Positions 1 through 9,385 of a DNA stretch of 64,000 bases are shown here, piece by piece. Origin of the DNA: an uncultured Pseudomonadota bacterium. Its GTDB lineage: Bacteria > Pseudomonadota > Alphaproteobacteria > Acetobacterales > Acetobacteraceae. A model generated the notes under the pieces. It did not search any database. It was not told where the DNA came from and saw only the letters and a program-made list of their open reading frames with translations. The stretch lies in the NCBI GenBank assembly GCA_963764465.1, contig CAVXSO010000004.1:110494-174493 (forward strand), written 5' to 3'. Made by a program: the position numbers and the translations under genes. The first letter of the stretch is position 1. Each line of letters opens with the position of its first letter.

Positions 1-175
1 GCTCCAGCAGCCCCGCCTCGACCATGACGCCGAGATGGCGGGAAACGCGTGGCTGGGACTGGCCCAGCACCTCCGCGAAATCCGCCACGCACAGGTCGCA
101 GGCGGATGCGAGTGCCAGGATGCGCAGCCGCGTCGGGTCTGCGGCGGCGCGAAGCTGCAGGAGGATTTCGTGCAT
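1..175 (-). CDS. ArsR/SmtB-family transcriptional regulator (5' part only; gene continues past the left window edge)
   Basis: Reverse translation from ATG at 175-173 reads MHEILLQLRAAADPTRLRILALASACDLCVADFAEVLGQSQPRVSRHLGVMVEAGLLE. This is the canonical ArsR winged-helix signature (DPTRLRIL ... QSQPxVSxHL). It is absent from the ORF track because the window edge truncates it. Confidence 0.8.
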   Translation of the reverse strand, partial: MHEILLQLRAAADPTRLRILALASACDLCVADFAEVLGQSQPRVSRHLGVMVEAGLLE

Positions 176-180
176 CGACG

Positions 181-214
181 TATATAGACATGCACATATA
201 AACATGTCTATATA
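181..214. promoter_or_regulatory. Perfect inverted repeat, candidate ArsR-type operator in a divergent promoter region
   Basis: TATATAGACATG (181-192) - N10 - CATGTCTATATA (203-214) is a perfect 12-bp inverted repeat. It is the only AT-rich patch here and sits between the arsR-like start (175) and the + strand ATG at 214. Confidence 0.5.
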
Positions 215-474
215 TGTTGATGTCGCTCGATCGCCTGTCCCTTCGCGCCGGCACCGTGGCCAAACCGGGGGAGGTGCTTGTCCCCGGGCCCTTTCACCCC
301 GCCGGCTGTGCCTGCTGCGGCGTCCGCTCGCCCCTGGCCACGCTCGGCAGGGTCTGGCGCGATCACGCCATGGGCAAACCCGTCACCGGCGCCGTCGTTG
401 CGATGGAACCCGGCCAGCTCGCCCAGGCCTACGCCGCGGACAGCCTTGCCCAGGCCCGCTTCCGCCTCGCCTGA
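214..474 (+). CDS. Hypothetical small protein (86 aa) with a GCACCG motif
   Basis: ATG-initiated ORF with third codon positions almost all G/C, like neighbouring real genes. The overlapping reverse frame is Gly/Ala/Arg-rich shadow sequence in this stretch. No family recognised with confidence. Confidence 0.4.
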   Translation: MLMSLDRLSLRAGTVAKPGEVLVPGPFHPAGCACCGVRSPLATLGRVWRDHAMGKPVTGAVVAMEPGQLAQAYAADSLAQARFRLA

Positions 475-483
475 ACCTGCCGT

Positions 484-1057
484 CAGGTTCCGCGTGCCGT
501 CACGCAATCCCATGGAATTGCGCGGCGTCTCTCCCGGCGGGACATCCGGCAAAAATCCCGCCTGCATCCACCTTGGTTCCACTGCCCCATAGCCCAGGCG
601 CGCAAGCTCCCGCACCGCGTGCAATGCCACCGGCGCATCGTCCGCGCAGGCCCGCACCGCGAGGTCCCCGCCGCAGCGCCTGGGATCAAGCTGGTCGCCG
701 TTGAACCGCGGCAGCCCGCGAGCTCCGGCGGCGCCGCCCCTCCAGCGCGAACCGGCCAGGCGCGGACAACCTCGGCCCGAACCCCGCCGTGAGCGTCAGC
801 GGCGCCGGACGGAGCTCCGCCGCGGAGCCATCATCGCCCGCGACGGGCTTTCCATCGGTCAGCAGCCGTTCCGCCTCACTCCACGCGCGCAGCAGCGCGA
901 CCAGCGCCGCAGGTTCCCCGGCCAGGATGTCGAACGCCATGAAACACATCTGGCCCTGTTGCGGCGTGGCGAGCCCCGGCTGGTGCTCGCCATGGAACGG
1001 CACCGACGTCGCGGCCCGAGCGCTGGCTGCGCGCAGCGCGGTCGCGGCGGCAAGCAT
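484..1057 (-). pseudogene. Dyp-type (EfeB-like) peroxidase remnant, frameshifted and truncated
   Basis: ORF 686..1057 carries VPFHGEHQPGLATPQQ...FMAFDIL...LLRAW...LTLTAGFGP, typical of the Dyp/EfeB N-terminal half. The motif continuation CADDAPVALHAVREL...RWMQAGF...TPRNSMGLRDGTRNL is in a different frame (ORF 208..657). Similarity stops near 484, so only about 190 of the roughly 400 expected residues remain. Confidence 0.55.
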
Positions 1058-1138
1058 GCCGACGGCGGAGACCAGGGGACGGCGCGGGGAATGGCGACCG
1101 CAACCACGCGACGCGCCGGTGACGGCGCAAGCAAGGAT

Positions 1139-1471
1139 TCAACCAGGACCGGCGGGACCCCGCAGCGCGGCTATGATCGCCTCGCGCACCGCCGGGTCCT
1201 GTGCCGCGACGGCGCCTGCCAGCGCCCGCAGCCGACGCCGCGTGTCGTGCAGCTGGTCCAGCAGGGACATCACCACCGGCAGTGCGTCGGAATCGATCTC
1301 GAGCTCGTACCGAAGCGTGCAAAGCAGCCGCACCCGCCAGCACGCGTCCTCGGCAAAGCTCGGCGCCTCCGCGGGCCCGGCCGGCACCACCAGTTCCTCG
1401 GCGATCCAGGCCATGAGATCCTCGCGCCGCAGCTTCGCCGTGGTGGCGAGCAGCTCGTCGATGCCGGTCAT
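1139..1471 (-). CDS. cbpM: Chaperone modulatory protein CbpM (MerR-like)
   Basis: 110 aa with the pattern F.EDA.WRVRLLCTLRYELEIDSDALPVVMSLLDQLHDTRRRLRAL, as in CbpM. Its ATG overlaps the cbpA stop (ATGA at 1471-1468), giving the classic cbpA-cbpM pair. Confidence 0.75.
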   Translation of the reverse strand: MTGIDELLATTAKLRREDLMAWIAEELVVPAGPAEAPSFAEDACWRVRLLCTLRYELEIDSDALPVVMSLLDQLHDTRRRLRALAGAVAAQDPAVREAIIAALRGPAGPG

Positions 1472-2397
1472 CGCAGCATCTCCTCACGCGGGTTCTCGTC
1501 GTGCTCGGGTTGCCAGGTCTCGAGAAACCCAGCGAGCGCCTTGTCCTCCCCTTTCGGCAGCACGACCTTCAGCGTCACGAACTGGTGCCCCCGCTGACCG
1601 CTCTTGCGGTCCAGCACGCCGCGCTCGCGCAGCCGCAGCGTGGTACCGCTGTTGGACCCCCTGGGCACCGTGAGCGACACCGCGCCGTCGATCGTCGGCA
1701 CCTCGATGCGCGCCCCGAGTATCGCCTCCTTCAGCGTCACCGGTACCTCGACATGGATGTCGCTGTCCTTGCGGCGGAAGAAGGCGTGCGGCTCGACGTG
1801 CAGCTCCACATAGGCATCGCCCGCGGGCCCGCCGCCATAGCCAGGCATGCCCTGGCCGCGCAGGCGCAGCATCTGCCCGTCCGCGGAGCCGGCTGGGATG
1901 GTCACCTGCAGCGTCTTGCCCTCGGGCATGGTGAGCGCGCGCACCCCGCCGCGCACGGCATCGAGAAACGGCAGCCGCAACTCGTAGGTGACGTCCTGGC
2001 CAGGCGCGCGGAACTCGCCGCCACCAAACCCGCCGCGCCCGCCGCCCCTTGCTCCACCGCTGCTTCCGCCGAAGGCGCGGGCCAGGAACTCCGCAAGCTC
2101 CTCGTTGCTGGCGAACCCGTCCTGCGCCGCGTGCGGTCCGTCCGCCGTCTCCCGGTAGAAGGGCCGTGGCCGCTCGGCGCCAGTGGCGTCGATCTCGCCC
2201 GCGTCGAAGCGGCGACGTTTCTCCTTGTCGCGCAGCAGCTCCGCCGCGGCGGAAACCTCCTTGAACTTCGCCTCCGCCTCCTTGTCCCCGGGATGCAGGT
2301 CCGGGTGGTAGCGGCGCGCAAGCTTCTTGAAGGCGGCGCCGATCTCTTCCTCCGTCGCGGTGCGCGCGACGCCGAGGGTCTCGTACGGGCCCGTCAT
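1468..2397 (-). CDS. cbpA: Curved-DNA-binding protein CbpA (DnaJ-class co-chaperone without zinc finger)
   Basis: From ATG 2397: MTGPYETLGVARTATEEEIGAAFKKLARRYHPDLHPGD (J-domain with HPD), a Gly-rich linker and DnaJ C-terminal substrate-binding repeats. The longer 650-aa ORF in the track is an out-of-frame upstream extension over the amidase gene. Confidence 0.85.
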   Translation of the reverse strand: MTGPYETLGVARTATEEEIGAAFKKLARRYHPDLHPGDKEAEAKFKEVSAAAELLRDKEKRRRFDAGEIDATGAERPRPFYRETADGPHAAQDGFASNEELAEFLARAFGGSSGGARGGGRGGFGGGEFRAPGQDVTYELRLPFLDAVRGGVRALTMPEGKTLQVTIPAGSADGQMLRLRGQGMPGYGGGPAGDAYVELHVEPHAFFRRKDSDIHVEVPVTLKEAILGARIEVPTIDGAVSLTVPRGSNSGTTLRLRERGVLDRKSGQRGHQFVTLKVVLPKGEDKALAGFLETWQPEHDENPREEMLR

Positions 2398-3596
2398 GCA
2401 GGCAAGCCAAGCAGGCCCGCGACCTGGTTGGCGAGCGCCAGCAGCGCCGCGTCGTAGCCAGCGCCGGCGACGAGCGAGAGGCCGACCGGCGCCCCGTCCG
2501 CGGTGCCGACAGGAATGGTCACCTCCGGCAGCCCGACCAGGCTCGCGATCGCGGTCACCCCCATCGTCGCCTCGCGCACCGCCTGCTGGTGCGCGGTGCT
2601 GGCGGTCAGCAACGGCGCCGGGCTCGGCGCGGTGGGGAAGATCAGCACCGCACCGCCATTCAGCAGTGGCAAGAGACGGGCGGCGAAGCGGCGGCGAAAG
2701 GCACGTCCCGCGGCGGCGAGCGCCGGGCTCATGGTGCGCGCCGCCTCGACGCGCTCGCCCACGCCAGGACCGAAACGCGGGTTCACCGAAACCACCCAGT
2801 CGCCGAGCGTCGCCCACACCTCGGCCGCCTGGATGGCACGGAAATGCGCGTACAGCGCCGATAGTCCCTCGGGCACCAGGGAGATGGAGACGGGGCGCAG
2901 CGCCGCCGCCGCCGGCGAGAGCGCCGCGGCCACCGCCGGATCGGCGTTCACCCAGGCTTCCTCGACGCGCAGGAACGGTCCCGTCAGTGCGCCGCCCGGC
3001 TGCGGCAGCAACGCCTCGCCCACCAGTTCCAGCAGGTCGGCGGAGCGGGTGAACCAGCCGCATGTGTCCATGCTCGGCGCCAGGCCCCTCGCGCCAGCGA
3101 GCGAGACGACGCCATGGGTCGGGCGGATGCCGTACAGGCCGCAATAGCTGGCCGGGATGCGCACCGAGCCACCAGTGTCCGAGCCGAGCGCAAAGTCCAC
3201 CTCGCCGGCGGCGACCGCGGCTGCCGAGCCGCAGCTCGAACCGCCGGGGAAACGCAGCGGGGCGGCGGGGTTGCGCGGCGTGCCGTGCCAGAGATTTTCC
3301 CCCGTCAGGCCGAACGCCAGCTCCACGGTCTTGGTCTTCCCGGCAAGTCTGGCGCCGCCGGCGAGCAGGTCGGCGACCACCGGGGCGGTCGCCTCGGCCG
3401 GCGGATGGGTGCGCGCCCATTCCGGGTGCCCATAGCTGGTGACGAAGCCAGCGACGTCGAACAAATCTTTGATTGCAAAAGATAGTCCTTCGAGCGCGCC
3501 GCTGTCGCTGGCGGCCAGCGCGGCGCGCGGGCCAGGGACGAAGGCGCTGGCATCCGCCTCCGGCTCACCACGTGCACGGTCATCGTCCCTGAACAT
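2394..3596 (-). CDS. Amidase-signature family amidase
   Basis: 400 aa with FAIKDLFDVAG, the amidase signature PGGSSCGSAAAVAAGEVDFALGSDTGGSVRIPASYCGLYG. Its stop overlaps the cbpA start (ATGA). Confidence 0.85.
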   Translation of the reverse strand: MFRDDDRARGEPEADASAFVPGPRAALAASDSGALEGLSFAIKDLFDVAGFVTSYGHPEWARTHPPAEATAPVVADLLAGGARLAGKTKTVELAFGLTGENLWHGTPRNPAAPLRFPGGSSCGSAAAVAAGEVDFALGSDTGGSVRIPASYCGLYGIRPTHGVVSLAGARGLAPSMDTCGWFTRSADLLELVGEALLPQPGGALTGPFLRVEEAWVNADPAVAAALSPAAAALRPVSISLVPEGLSALYAHFRAIQAAEVWATLGDWVVSVNPRFGPGVGERVEAARTMSPALAAAGRAFRRRFAARLLPLLNGGAVLIFPTAPSPAPLLTASTAHQQAVREATMGVTAIASLVGLPEVTIPVGTADGAPVGLSLVAGAGYDAALLALANQVAGLLGLPA

Positions 3597-3762
3597 CGCC
3601 CGCTCCTGCCGTCACGGTCCCCGCGCCACGCGGCCGGACTTGTCGCCAACCTTCGCGGGGCGCGGGATTCCGTCAAGATCGGAGGGCTGGCGTGTGCGGC
3701 TGCCGGCGCCCGGCGTCGGCGGTCGCGGGCCGGCCATGGATCGCCTGGGTGATCACGCGGAA

Positions 3763-3793
3763 TTGATCGCCCAGCCACGGCGGCTACTATAAT
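3763..3793 (+). promoter_or_regulatory. Candidate sigma70-type promoter for the T1SS operon
   Basis: TTGATC (3763-3768) - N19 - TATAAT (3788-3793) inside the only AT-rich stretch of the 260-bp intergenic region, about 60 nt upstream of the ABC transporter start. The 19-nt spacer is longer than optimal. Confidence 0.35.
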
Positions 3794-3855
3794 AGACTAG
3801 TTCTACAGCGCCTTATGGTCGCGACCCGTGCTATAGGCCTATCAAGGGGACGGGT

Positions 3856-6138
3856 TTGCCGGTTCCTGATACGTCACGCTATGTCCCGAGGAACACGGTC
3901 TTGGACTCAATGCCGCCCGCCGCTGGCTCCATCGACCCCGCTGCCGCGGATCCACGAGAGCGGCTCGAGGTGCGCGTGCTGGCGCTCATCGAGGCGGCGC
4001 GGTGGCACGGTGTCGACCTCGATCGCGACGAGTTGCGCATCCCTTCCTCCGGATCGGTGGCGCCCGCGCTGCTGGTGGAATGGCTGCGTGGCGCGGGGCT
4101 GTGGGCGCGCGCCTCCCGGTTCTCCTGGAAGCACCTCGTCGCCACCCAGTCCGCCGGTCCCGTCGTGCTGCTGCTCGAGGACGGTTCCGCCGCGCTGATG
4201 GTGCGCGCCGATCCCGCGCGCAATGTCGTCTGGCTCAAGAACCCGGCCTCCGCCTTCGACGATGGCGGCGTGCCCGTGGACGAGCTTCGCCTCACGCAGC
4301 TGTGGAAGGGCAACGTCATCCTGCTGCGCCCGGAGCGGGGCGCGAACGAGGACAACGCCCCGTTCACCCTGGGCTGGGTCGCGCGCATCGTCTGGCGTGA
4401 GAAAAAGACGCTGCGCGACATCTGTGTCGGCTCGATCGTGCTGTCGGTCCTGGCAATCCTGCCGCCGCTGCTGGTGATGGTGGTGGTGGACAAGGTGGTT
4501 ACCTACCAGTCCGGCTCCACGCTGCTCATGCTGACGCTGATCCTGGTCGCGGCGGCAGCCTACGAGACCTATCTCGGCTTCGCCCGGCGCGAGCTGATCC
4601 TGGTCGTGGCGACGCGCATGGACGCGCGCATCGGCCTGCACATCTTCCGCCGCCTGCTCGGCCTGTCGATCGACTTTTTCGAGAAGAACCAGACCGGCGC
4701 CATCCTCTACAAGCTGGGTCAGTTCGCGAAGATCCGTGAGTTCCTCACCGGCAAGCTGCTGGCCACCGTGCTCGACCTGGTCACGCTCGCGGTGCTGATT
4801 CCCTTCCTCTACTGGCTCGACCCGGCGCTCACCTGGCTCACGGTCGCCGCCGGCGTGGTGATCGCGCTCATCATCATCATCTGCCTTCCGCGCGTGCGCC
4901 GCACCTTCTCCGAGTGGATGAAGGCGGAGGTCGAGAAGAGCAACGTGATGGTCGAGAGCGTCGCCGGCATCCGCACGGTGAAGTCGCTGGCGCTCGAGCC
5001 GCAGCAGCGCGAGCTGTGGGACCAGCGCCTGGCGAAGGCGGGGCTGTGGCAACAGGAACTGGGCCGCGCCAGCAACGTGCCGTCGACCCTCGTCACGCCG
5101 TTCGAGAATTTCATGAACCGGGGCGTGCTGCTGCTCGGCGCCTATTTCGCGCTGCACGGCGACGCCGCGACGCTGGGTTCGCTCGTCGCCTTCATGATGC
5201 TCTCCGGCCGCGTCGCGACGCCGCTGGTCGGCCTGGCACGGCTGACGGAGGAATACGAATACGCCCGCGCCGCCGTGGGCATCGTCGCCGAGGTACTGAA
5301 CAACCGGCCGGAGGTGGTGAACCCCGGCGCCGGCGTGCGTCCGCGGCTCGAGGGCGCGGTGCGGTTCCAGGACGTGGACTTCGCCTATCCCGGCACTCGG
5401 ACCAAGGCGCTGCAGGAAGTCTCGTTCGAGATTCCGGCCGGCACCACGCTGGGCCTGGTCGGGCGCTCCGGCTCCGGCAAGTCGACGGTCACAAGGCTGC
5501 TGCAGGGGATCAACCGGGAGTACGAAGGTCAGATCAAGCTCGACGGCACCGATCTGCGCGAGATCAACCTCGCGCATCTGCGCCGCAGCTTCGGCGTGGT
5601 GCTGCAGGAGAACTTCCTCTTCCGCGGCACCATCCGCGAGAACATCATCGCGGGCCGGCCTGGCCTCACGCTCAACGATGCGATCCGCGCCGCACGCCTC
5701 GCCGGGGCGGAAGAGTTCATCGAGCGCATGCCGCTCGGCTACGAGACCTGGATCGAGGAAGGCTCGCCCAATCTCTCCGGTGGACAGCGCCAGCGCCTCG
5801 CGATCGCGCGCGCGCTGATCCACGACCCGCGGATCCTCATCCTCGACGAGGCGACGAGCGCGCTCGACCCCGAGAGCGAGGCGCTGGTCAACGCCAATAT
5901 CCGGCGGATCGCGCATGGGCGGACGATGCTGATCGTCTCGCACCGGCTCTCGTCCCTGGTGGAATGCGACCAGATCCTGGTGCTCGACCAGGGCAAGGTC
6001 ATGGATATCGGGCCGCACAGTGTGCTGGTGGATCGCTGCCCGGTGTATCGTCAGCTCTGGCTGCAGCAGAACCGGCACATGATGGAGACGGGCCGCGGGC
6101 CGCAGCCGGCCGCGATCGTCGCACGCAACGAGGGCTGA
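3856..6138 (+). CDS. Type I secretion system ABC permease/ATPase with an N-terminal C39-like (Cys-less) domain
   Basis: 760 aa. About 150 aa of N-terminal peptidase-C39-like domain lack a catalytic Cys. Six-TM ABC membrane domain follows, then Walker A GRSGSGKST, signature LSGGQRQRLAIARAL and Walker B ILILDEATSALD. TTG start at 3856 is preceded by AGGGGA; ATG at 3910 is an alternative. Confidence 0.9.
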   Translation: MPVPDTSRYVPRNTVLDSMPPAAGSIDPAAADPRERLEVRVLALIEAARWHGVDLDRDELRIPSSGSVAPALLVEWLRGAGLWARASRFSWKHLVATQSAGPVVLLLEDGSAALMVRADPARNVVWLKNPASAFDDGGVPVDELRLTQLWKGNVILLRPERGANEDNAPFTLGWVARIVWREKKTLRDICVGSIVLSVLAILPPLLVMVVVDKVVTYQSGSTLLMLTLILVAAAAYETYLGFARRELILVVATRMDARIGLHIFRRLLGLSIDFFEKNQTGAILYKLGQFAKIREFLTGKLLATVLDLVTLAVLIPFLYWLDPALTWLTVAAGVVIALIIIICLPRVRRTFSEWMKAEVEKSNVMVESVAGIRTVKSLALEPQQRELWDQRLAKAGLWQQELGRASNVPSTLVTPFENFMNRGVLLLGAYFALHGDAATLGSLVAFMMLSGRVATPLVGLARLTEEYEYARAAVGIVAEVLNNRPEVVNPGAGVRPRLEGAVRFQDVDFAYPGTRTKALQEVSFEIPAGTTLGLVGRSGSGKSTVTRLLQGINREYEGQIKLDGTDLREINLAHLRRSFGVVLQENFLFRGTIRENIIAGRPGLTLNDAIRAARLAGAEEFIERMPLGYETWIEEGSPNLSGGQRQRLAIARALIHDPRILILDEATSALDPESEALVNANIRRIAHGRTMLIVSHRLSSLVECDQILVLDQGKVMDIGPHSVLVDRCPVYRQLWLQQNRHMMETGRGPQPAAIVARNEG

Positions 6139-6141
6139 GCG

Positions 6142-7554
6142 ATGTCGGACGTGACGCCGCTGCCGCAATCCACCTCGCGCGCCCTGGCCGCGATCGCAGG
6201 CGGCAACGATCCCGCCAGCCGCGCGCTGCTGGAATTCGAGAGCCCGACCGTCTCGCTGATCGCGCGTCCGATCCGGGTCGGCATCCGCAACACGATCTGG
6301 ACGCTCGCGCTCGCGATGGCGGTGATGCTGGTGATTGCCGGCACCATACCCATCGACCGCGTGGTCACCACCTCCGGACGCGTCGTGCCGCGCTCGCCCA
6401 ACATCGTCGTGCAGCCGCTGGAAACCTCGATCATCCGCTCGCTCGACGTGCGGGAGGGCGAGTTCGTCAAAAAGGGGCAGCTGCTGGCCCAGCTCGATCC
6501 CACCTTCGTGCAGGCGGATGAGACGAACCTCGCGGAACAGGCGGCGAGCCTGAGCGCGGAGGTGGCGCGCCTCAAGGCCGAGGCAGCGGGCAAGACCTAC
6601 CTCTCGGACGGCACGTCGGCCAGCAACCTGGAAGCCGAGATCTTCGCTCAGCGACACAGCGAGTTCACCTTCAAGGTCGAGAACTACGACCAGCAGATGG
6701 ACTCGGCGAAGGCGAAGGTCGCACAGGCGGCATCCGATATCGTTTCCTACACACAGCGCCTGGCGGTTGCGCGCGCGGTCGAGCAGAAGCGCATGGAGCT
6801 CGAGAAGCTACAGGTTGGCAGCGAGCTCAACACGCTTGCCGCCCAGGACAACCGCGTGGAGATGGAGCGCTCCCTGGCCGACGCCCAATCCCAGGCGGCC
6901 GGTGCCACGCGTGACCTCGCGGCGCTGCGCGCCCAGCGCGGCAGCTACATCCAGCAATACAAGGCGGACATCTCCACGCAGTTGCAGACCCAGACGCGCA
7001 AGCTGGCGCAAGCGCAGCAGGATCTCGCCAAGGCCAAGCTGCGCCGCCAGCTCGTGCAGCTGCGCGCGGACCGCGACGCGGTGGTGCTGTCCATCGCGCC
7101 GGTCAGCGTGGGCTCCGTGCTGCAGTCGGGCGACGAGTTCGTGACGCTCGTGCCCGCCGACGCGAAGCTCGAGGTCGAGACGATCCTGAGTGGCAAGGAT
7201 GCGGGCTTCGTGCATGACGGTCAGCCAGTGCGCATCAAATTCAATTCGTTCCCGTACTATACCTACGGCACGGCCACCGGCACGGTACGTGTGGTCTCTC
7301 CCGACAGCTTCCATGCACCCAACGTGGTCAAGGGCGTGATCGCGCGGCCACATGACACACAGCCCTTCGGCGAGGTCTATTACCGGGTGCGCATCGCTAT
7401 CGACCAGATGCACATGCGCAACCTGCCGCAGGGCTTCCATCTTACCCCCGGCATGCCGGTCACCGCAGACGTCAAGGTCGGCAAGCGCACGGCGCTCGAG
7501 TTCATGCTCTCCCGCGTCATCCCGGCGACGACGGAGGGGATGCGCGAGCCGTGA
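6142..7554 (+). CDS. HlyD-family type I secretion periplasmic adaptor (MFP)
   Basis: 470 aa with an N-terminal TM helix, a long coiled-coil (AEVARLKAEA...LAKAKLRRQL) and a C-terminal beta-barrel ending GKRTALEFMLSRV, typical of HlyD. Starts 4 nt after the ABC stop and has a GAGGG RBS. Confidence 0.9.
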   Translation: MSDVTPLPQSTSRALAAIAGGNDPASRALLEFESPTVSLIARPIRVGIRNTIWTLALAMAVMLVIAGTIPIDRVVTTSGRVVPRSPNIVVQPLETSIIRSLDVREGEFVKKGQLLAQLDPTFVQADETNLAEQAASLSAEVARLKAEAAGKTYLSDGTSASNLEAEIFAQRHSEFTFKVENYDQQMDSAKAKVAQAASDIVSYTQRLAVARAVEQKRMELEKLQVGSELNTLAAQDNRVEMERSLADAQSQAAGATRDLAALRAQRGSYIQQYKADISTQLQTQTRKLAQAQQDLAKAKLRRQLVQLRADRDAVVLSIAPVSVGSVLQSGDEFVTLVPADAKLEVETILSGKDAGFVHDGQPVRIKFNSFPYYTYGTATGTVRVVSPDSFHAPNVVKGVIARPHDTQPFGEVYYRVRIAIDQMHMRNLPQGFHLTPGMPVTADVKVGKRTALEFMLSRVIPATTEGMREP

Positions 7555-7587
7555 CGCGGGGCGCTGTCGCCCGGACACGGGGCGCCG

Positions 7588-9369
7588 ATGCTTGATCGTC
7601 TGCTTCCCGCCAGGGTCCTCGGGCCGGGAGCGGCGCTGCGCCGCGCGCGCAGGCTGATCGCGGCGGGCAAGCGCGCGCGTGCGTTTCCGCTGCTGGCGCG
7701 TGCCGCCGCCGCCGAGCATGCCGAGGCGGAGTTGCAGGTCGCGCGCTGCTATTTCGAGGGCGCCGGCGTGCCACCAAGCGTGCCGGAAGGCCTGCGCTGG
7801 CTCGAGCGCGCGGCCGGAAGAGGCCTCGTCGAGGCCCAGAACCTGCTTGCCACGCTGTGCCTCCAGGGGGTCGTGTCGCCCGAGACGCAGGGGCGCGACC
7901 AGCTTTTCGGTGCCACCCTGCCGATGCAGGGAGGAACCGACTGGAACCGCGCGCGGATCTGGGCGGAGCGCTCGGCCGCCGCCGGCTCGCCGGAGGGGCA
8001 GGCCACGCTGGCCTTCATTCTCACCATTGGGCCACAAGAAGGGCGCGATCAGGCGCGCGCCGGGACGCTTTACGAAGCCTCCTCCGCCTCGGGCTGGCCG
8101 CAGGGCTGCCTGGGTATCGCGATGCTGCGCCTCGGCCGCGCGGCGGCGGACCCCGAGGTTGCGGCCGCGACCGATTATGCCGCGATCAAGGCACTGCTCG
8201 TCCGCGCCGCCGAGGCTGGCATCCCGCTCGCAAGCGCGCTGCTGGGCGAGATGGCGGAGCGCGGCCAGGGTGGCCCGGTCGATCTCAAGGCCGCGGCGCG
8301 GCATCTCGCCACCGCCGCCGAACGCGGCCTGCGTTCCGCCCAGGCACGTTACGGACGCATGCTGATGGTGGGCGAGGGGGCGGAGCAGGACACGGTGCAG
8401 GGCGAATCCCTGCTGCGCCGCGCCGCCCTGGCCGGCGACCCCGATGCCGCGGCTTTCCTCGGCGATATCTACGCGCGCGGCGGCGAATTGCCGCCGAACC
8501 ACGCCGAGGCGGCGATGTGGTACCGTCGCGCCATGGACCTCGGTCACGGTGCCGCGGCGCGCGCGCTCGGCCAGCTGCACCTGACCGGAGCCGGAACGTC
8601 ACGCGACCCGCAGGAGGCGGCCCGGCTGTTCCGCGTCGCCGCCGAGGCCGGGGACAAGCAGGCCGTGACCCACCTGACGAGCCTGATCACCAACCCCGAG
8701 GCCGGTCGCGAGGCACACGCCGTCAGCCAGGCCTGGTTCGCCGAGGCGGCCGCGAAAGGCGACCTCGTTGCCGCCTTCAACCTCGGCATGTGTCTTGCCG
8801 ACGGTATCGGTGGCGAGCGCGATGATGTCGCCGCCGTTGCTTGGCTGCGGCGCGCCGCCGACGGCATCGTCAATGCCCAGTTCGGCTATGGGCTCATGGT
8901 GCTCGCCGGCCGTGGCGTGCCCGCTGACCCGGTGGAAGCCCGGAGCTGGATCGCGCGCGCGGCGGCAGCGGGCATGCCGGAGGCGCAGGTGGCGCTCGCC
9001 GATCTTCTGGTCGCCGGCACCGGCGGCCCGCGCGACCATGCCCAGGCACTGGCGCTCTACGAGAAGGCGGCCAGTGTCGGCGCGATCAACGCCATGTTCT
9101 CCATGGGCGCCATGCTCGGCGGTGGGCACGACGTGCCCTGGGACCGCCCCGCCGCGCAACGCTGGTTCCGGATGGCGGCGGAGCGCGGGCACGGGCTCGC
9201 GCAACTCATGCTCGGCCGCTATCTCGCGCGCGGGCTGGCCGGCGACCGCGACTTGGCCGAAGCACGGATCTGGTTCGAACGGGCCCTGGCGCAGGGCCAG
9301 GCCGAAGCCGCGGGGGATCTCACGGCACTGGGGCCGGCGGAGCCCGGACCGTCCGCGACGGCGGCCTGA
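7588..9369 (+). CDS. Sel1-like (SLR/TPR) repeat protein
   Basis: 593 aa built from about 13 repeats of the Sel1 pattern (A...LG.MY..G.GV..D...A..W..RAA..G...A). Examples are AELQVARCYFEGAGVPPSVPEGLRWLERAAGRGLVEAQ and AAFLGDIYARGGELPPNHAEAAMWYRRAMDLGHGAA. No obvious Sec signal. Confidence 0.85.
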   Translation: MLDRLLPARVLGPGAALRRARRLIAAGKRARAFPLLARAAAAEHAEAELQVARCYFEGAGVPPSVPEGLRWLERAAGRGLVEAQNLLATLCLQGVVSPETQGRDQLFGATLPMQGGTDWNRARIWAERSAAAGSPEGQATLAFILTIGPQEGRDQARAGTLYEASSASGWPQGCLGIAMLRLGRAAADPEVAAATDYAAIKALLVRAAEAGIPLASALLGEMAERGQGGPVDLKAAARHLATAAERGLRSAQARYGRMLMVGEGAEQDTVQGESLLRRAALAGDPDAAAFLGDIYARGGELPPNHAEAAMWYRRAMDLGHGAAARALGQLHLTGAGTSRDPQEAARLFRVAAEAGDKQAVTHLTSLITNPEAGREAHAVSQAWFAEAAAKGDLVAAFNLGMCLADGIGGERDDVAAVAWLRRAADGIVNAQFGYGLMVLAGRGVPADPVEARSWIARAAAAGMPEAQVALADLLVAGTGGPRDHAQALALYEKAASVGAINAMFSMGAMLGGGHDVPWDRPAAQRWFRMAAERGHGLAQLMLGRYLARGLAGDRDLAEARIWFERALAQGQAEAAGDLTALGPAEPGPSATAA

Positions 9370-9385
9370 GCCGGCGCCGCCTGAT

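Noticed and set aside
214-474. Calling the 86-aa ORF a COG0523 (CobW/YjiA-like) GTPase
   Set aside because: Only a GCACCG motif resembles the family's GCxCC signature. No P-loop or switch regions are present and the ORF is far too short. It is kept as a hypothetical protein or possible fragment.
1468-3420. 650-aa ORF that fuses cbpA with upstream sequence; the same pattern occurs at 34523..37081 (tssG), 53636..55513 (tssK), 57082..57867 (PAAR) and 14613..15869 (DUF169-like)
   Set aside because: In each case the recognisable protein begins at an internal ATG or TTG that abuts or overlaps the stop of the upstream gene. The extra N-terminal part overlaps a well-supported gene in another frame.
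3907-6657. 916-aa ORF on the minus strand spanning the T1SS ABC and HlyD genes
   Set aside because: It is antisense to two genes with unmistakable family motifs. Its translation is Arg/Gly/Asp/His-rich with no motifs. This is the typical long shadow ORF of very GC-rich DNA.
8768-9385. N-terminal 206 codons of the 1167-aa ORF (8768..12271)
   Set aside because: This part overlaps the 3' third of the Sel1-repeat gene in another frame and translates to low-complexity Ser/Pro/Arg sequence. The glycosyltransferase most likely starts just after the Sel1 stop (TTG 9386).
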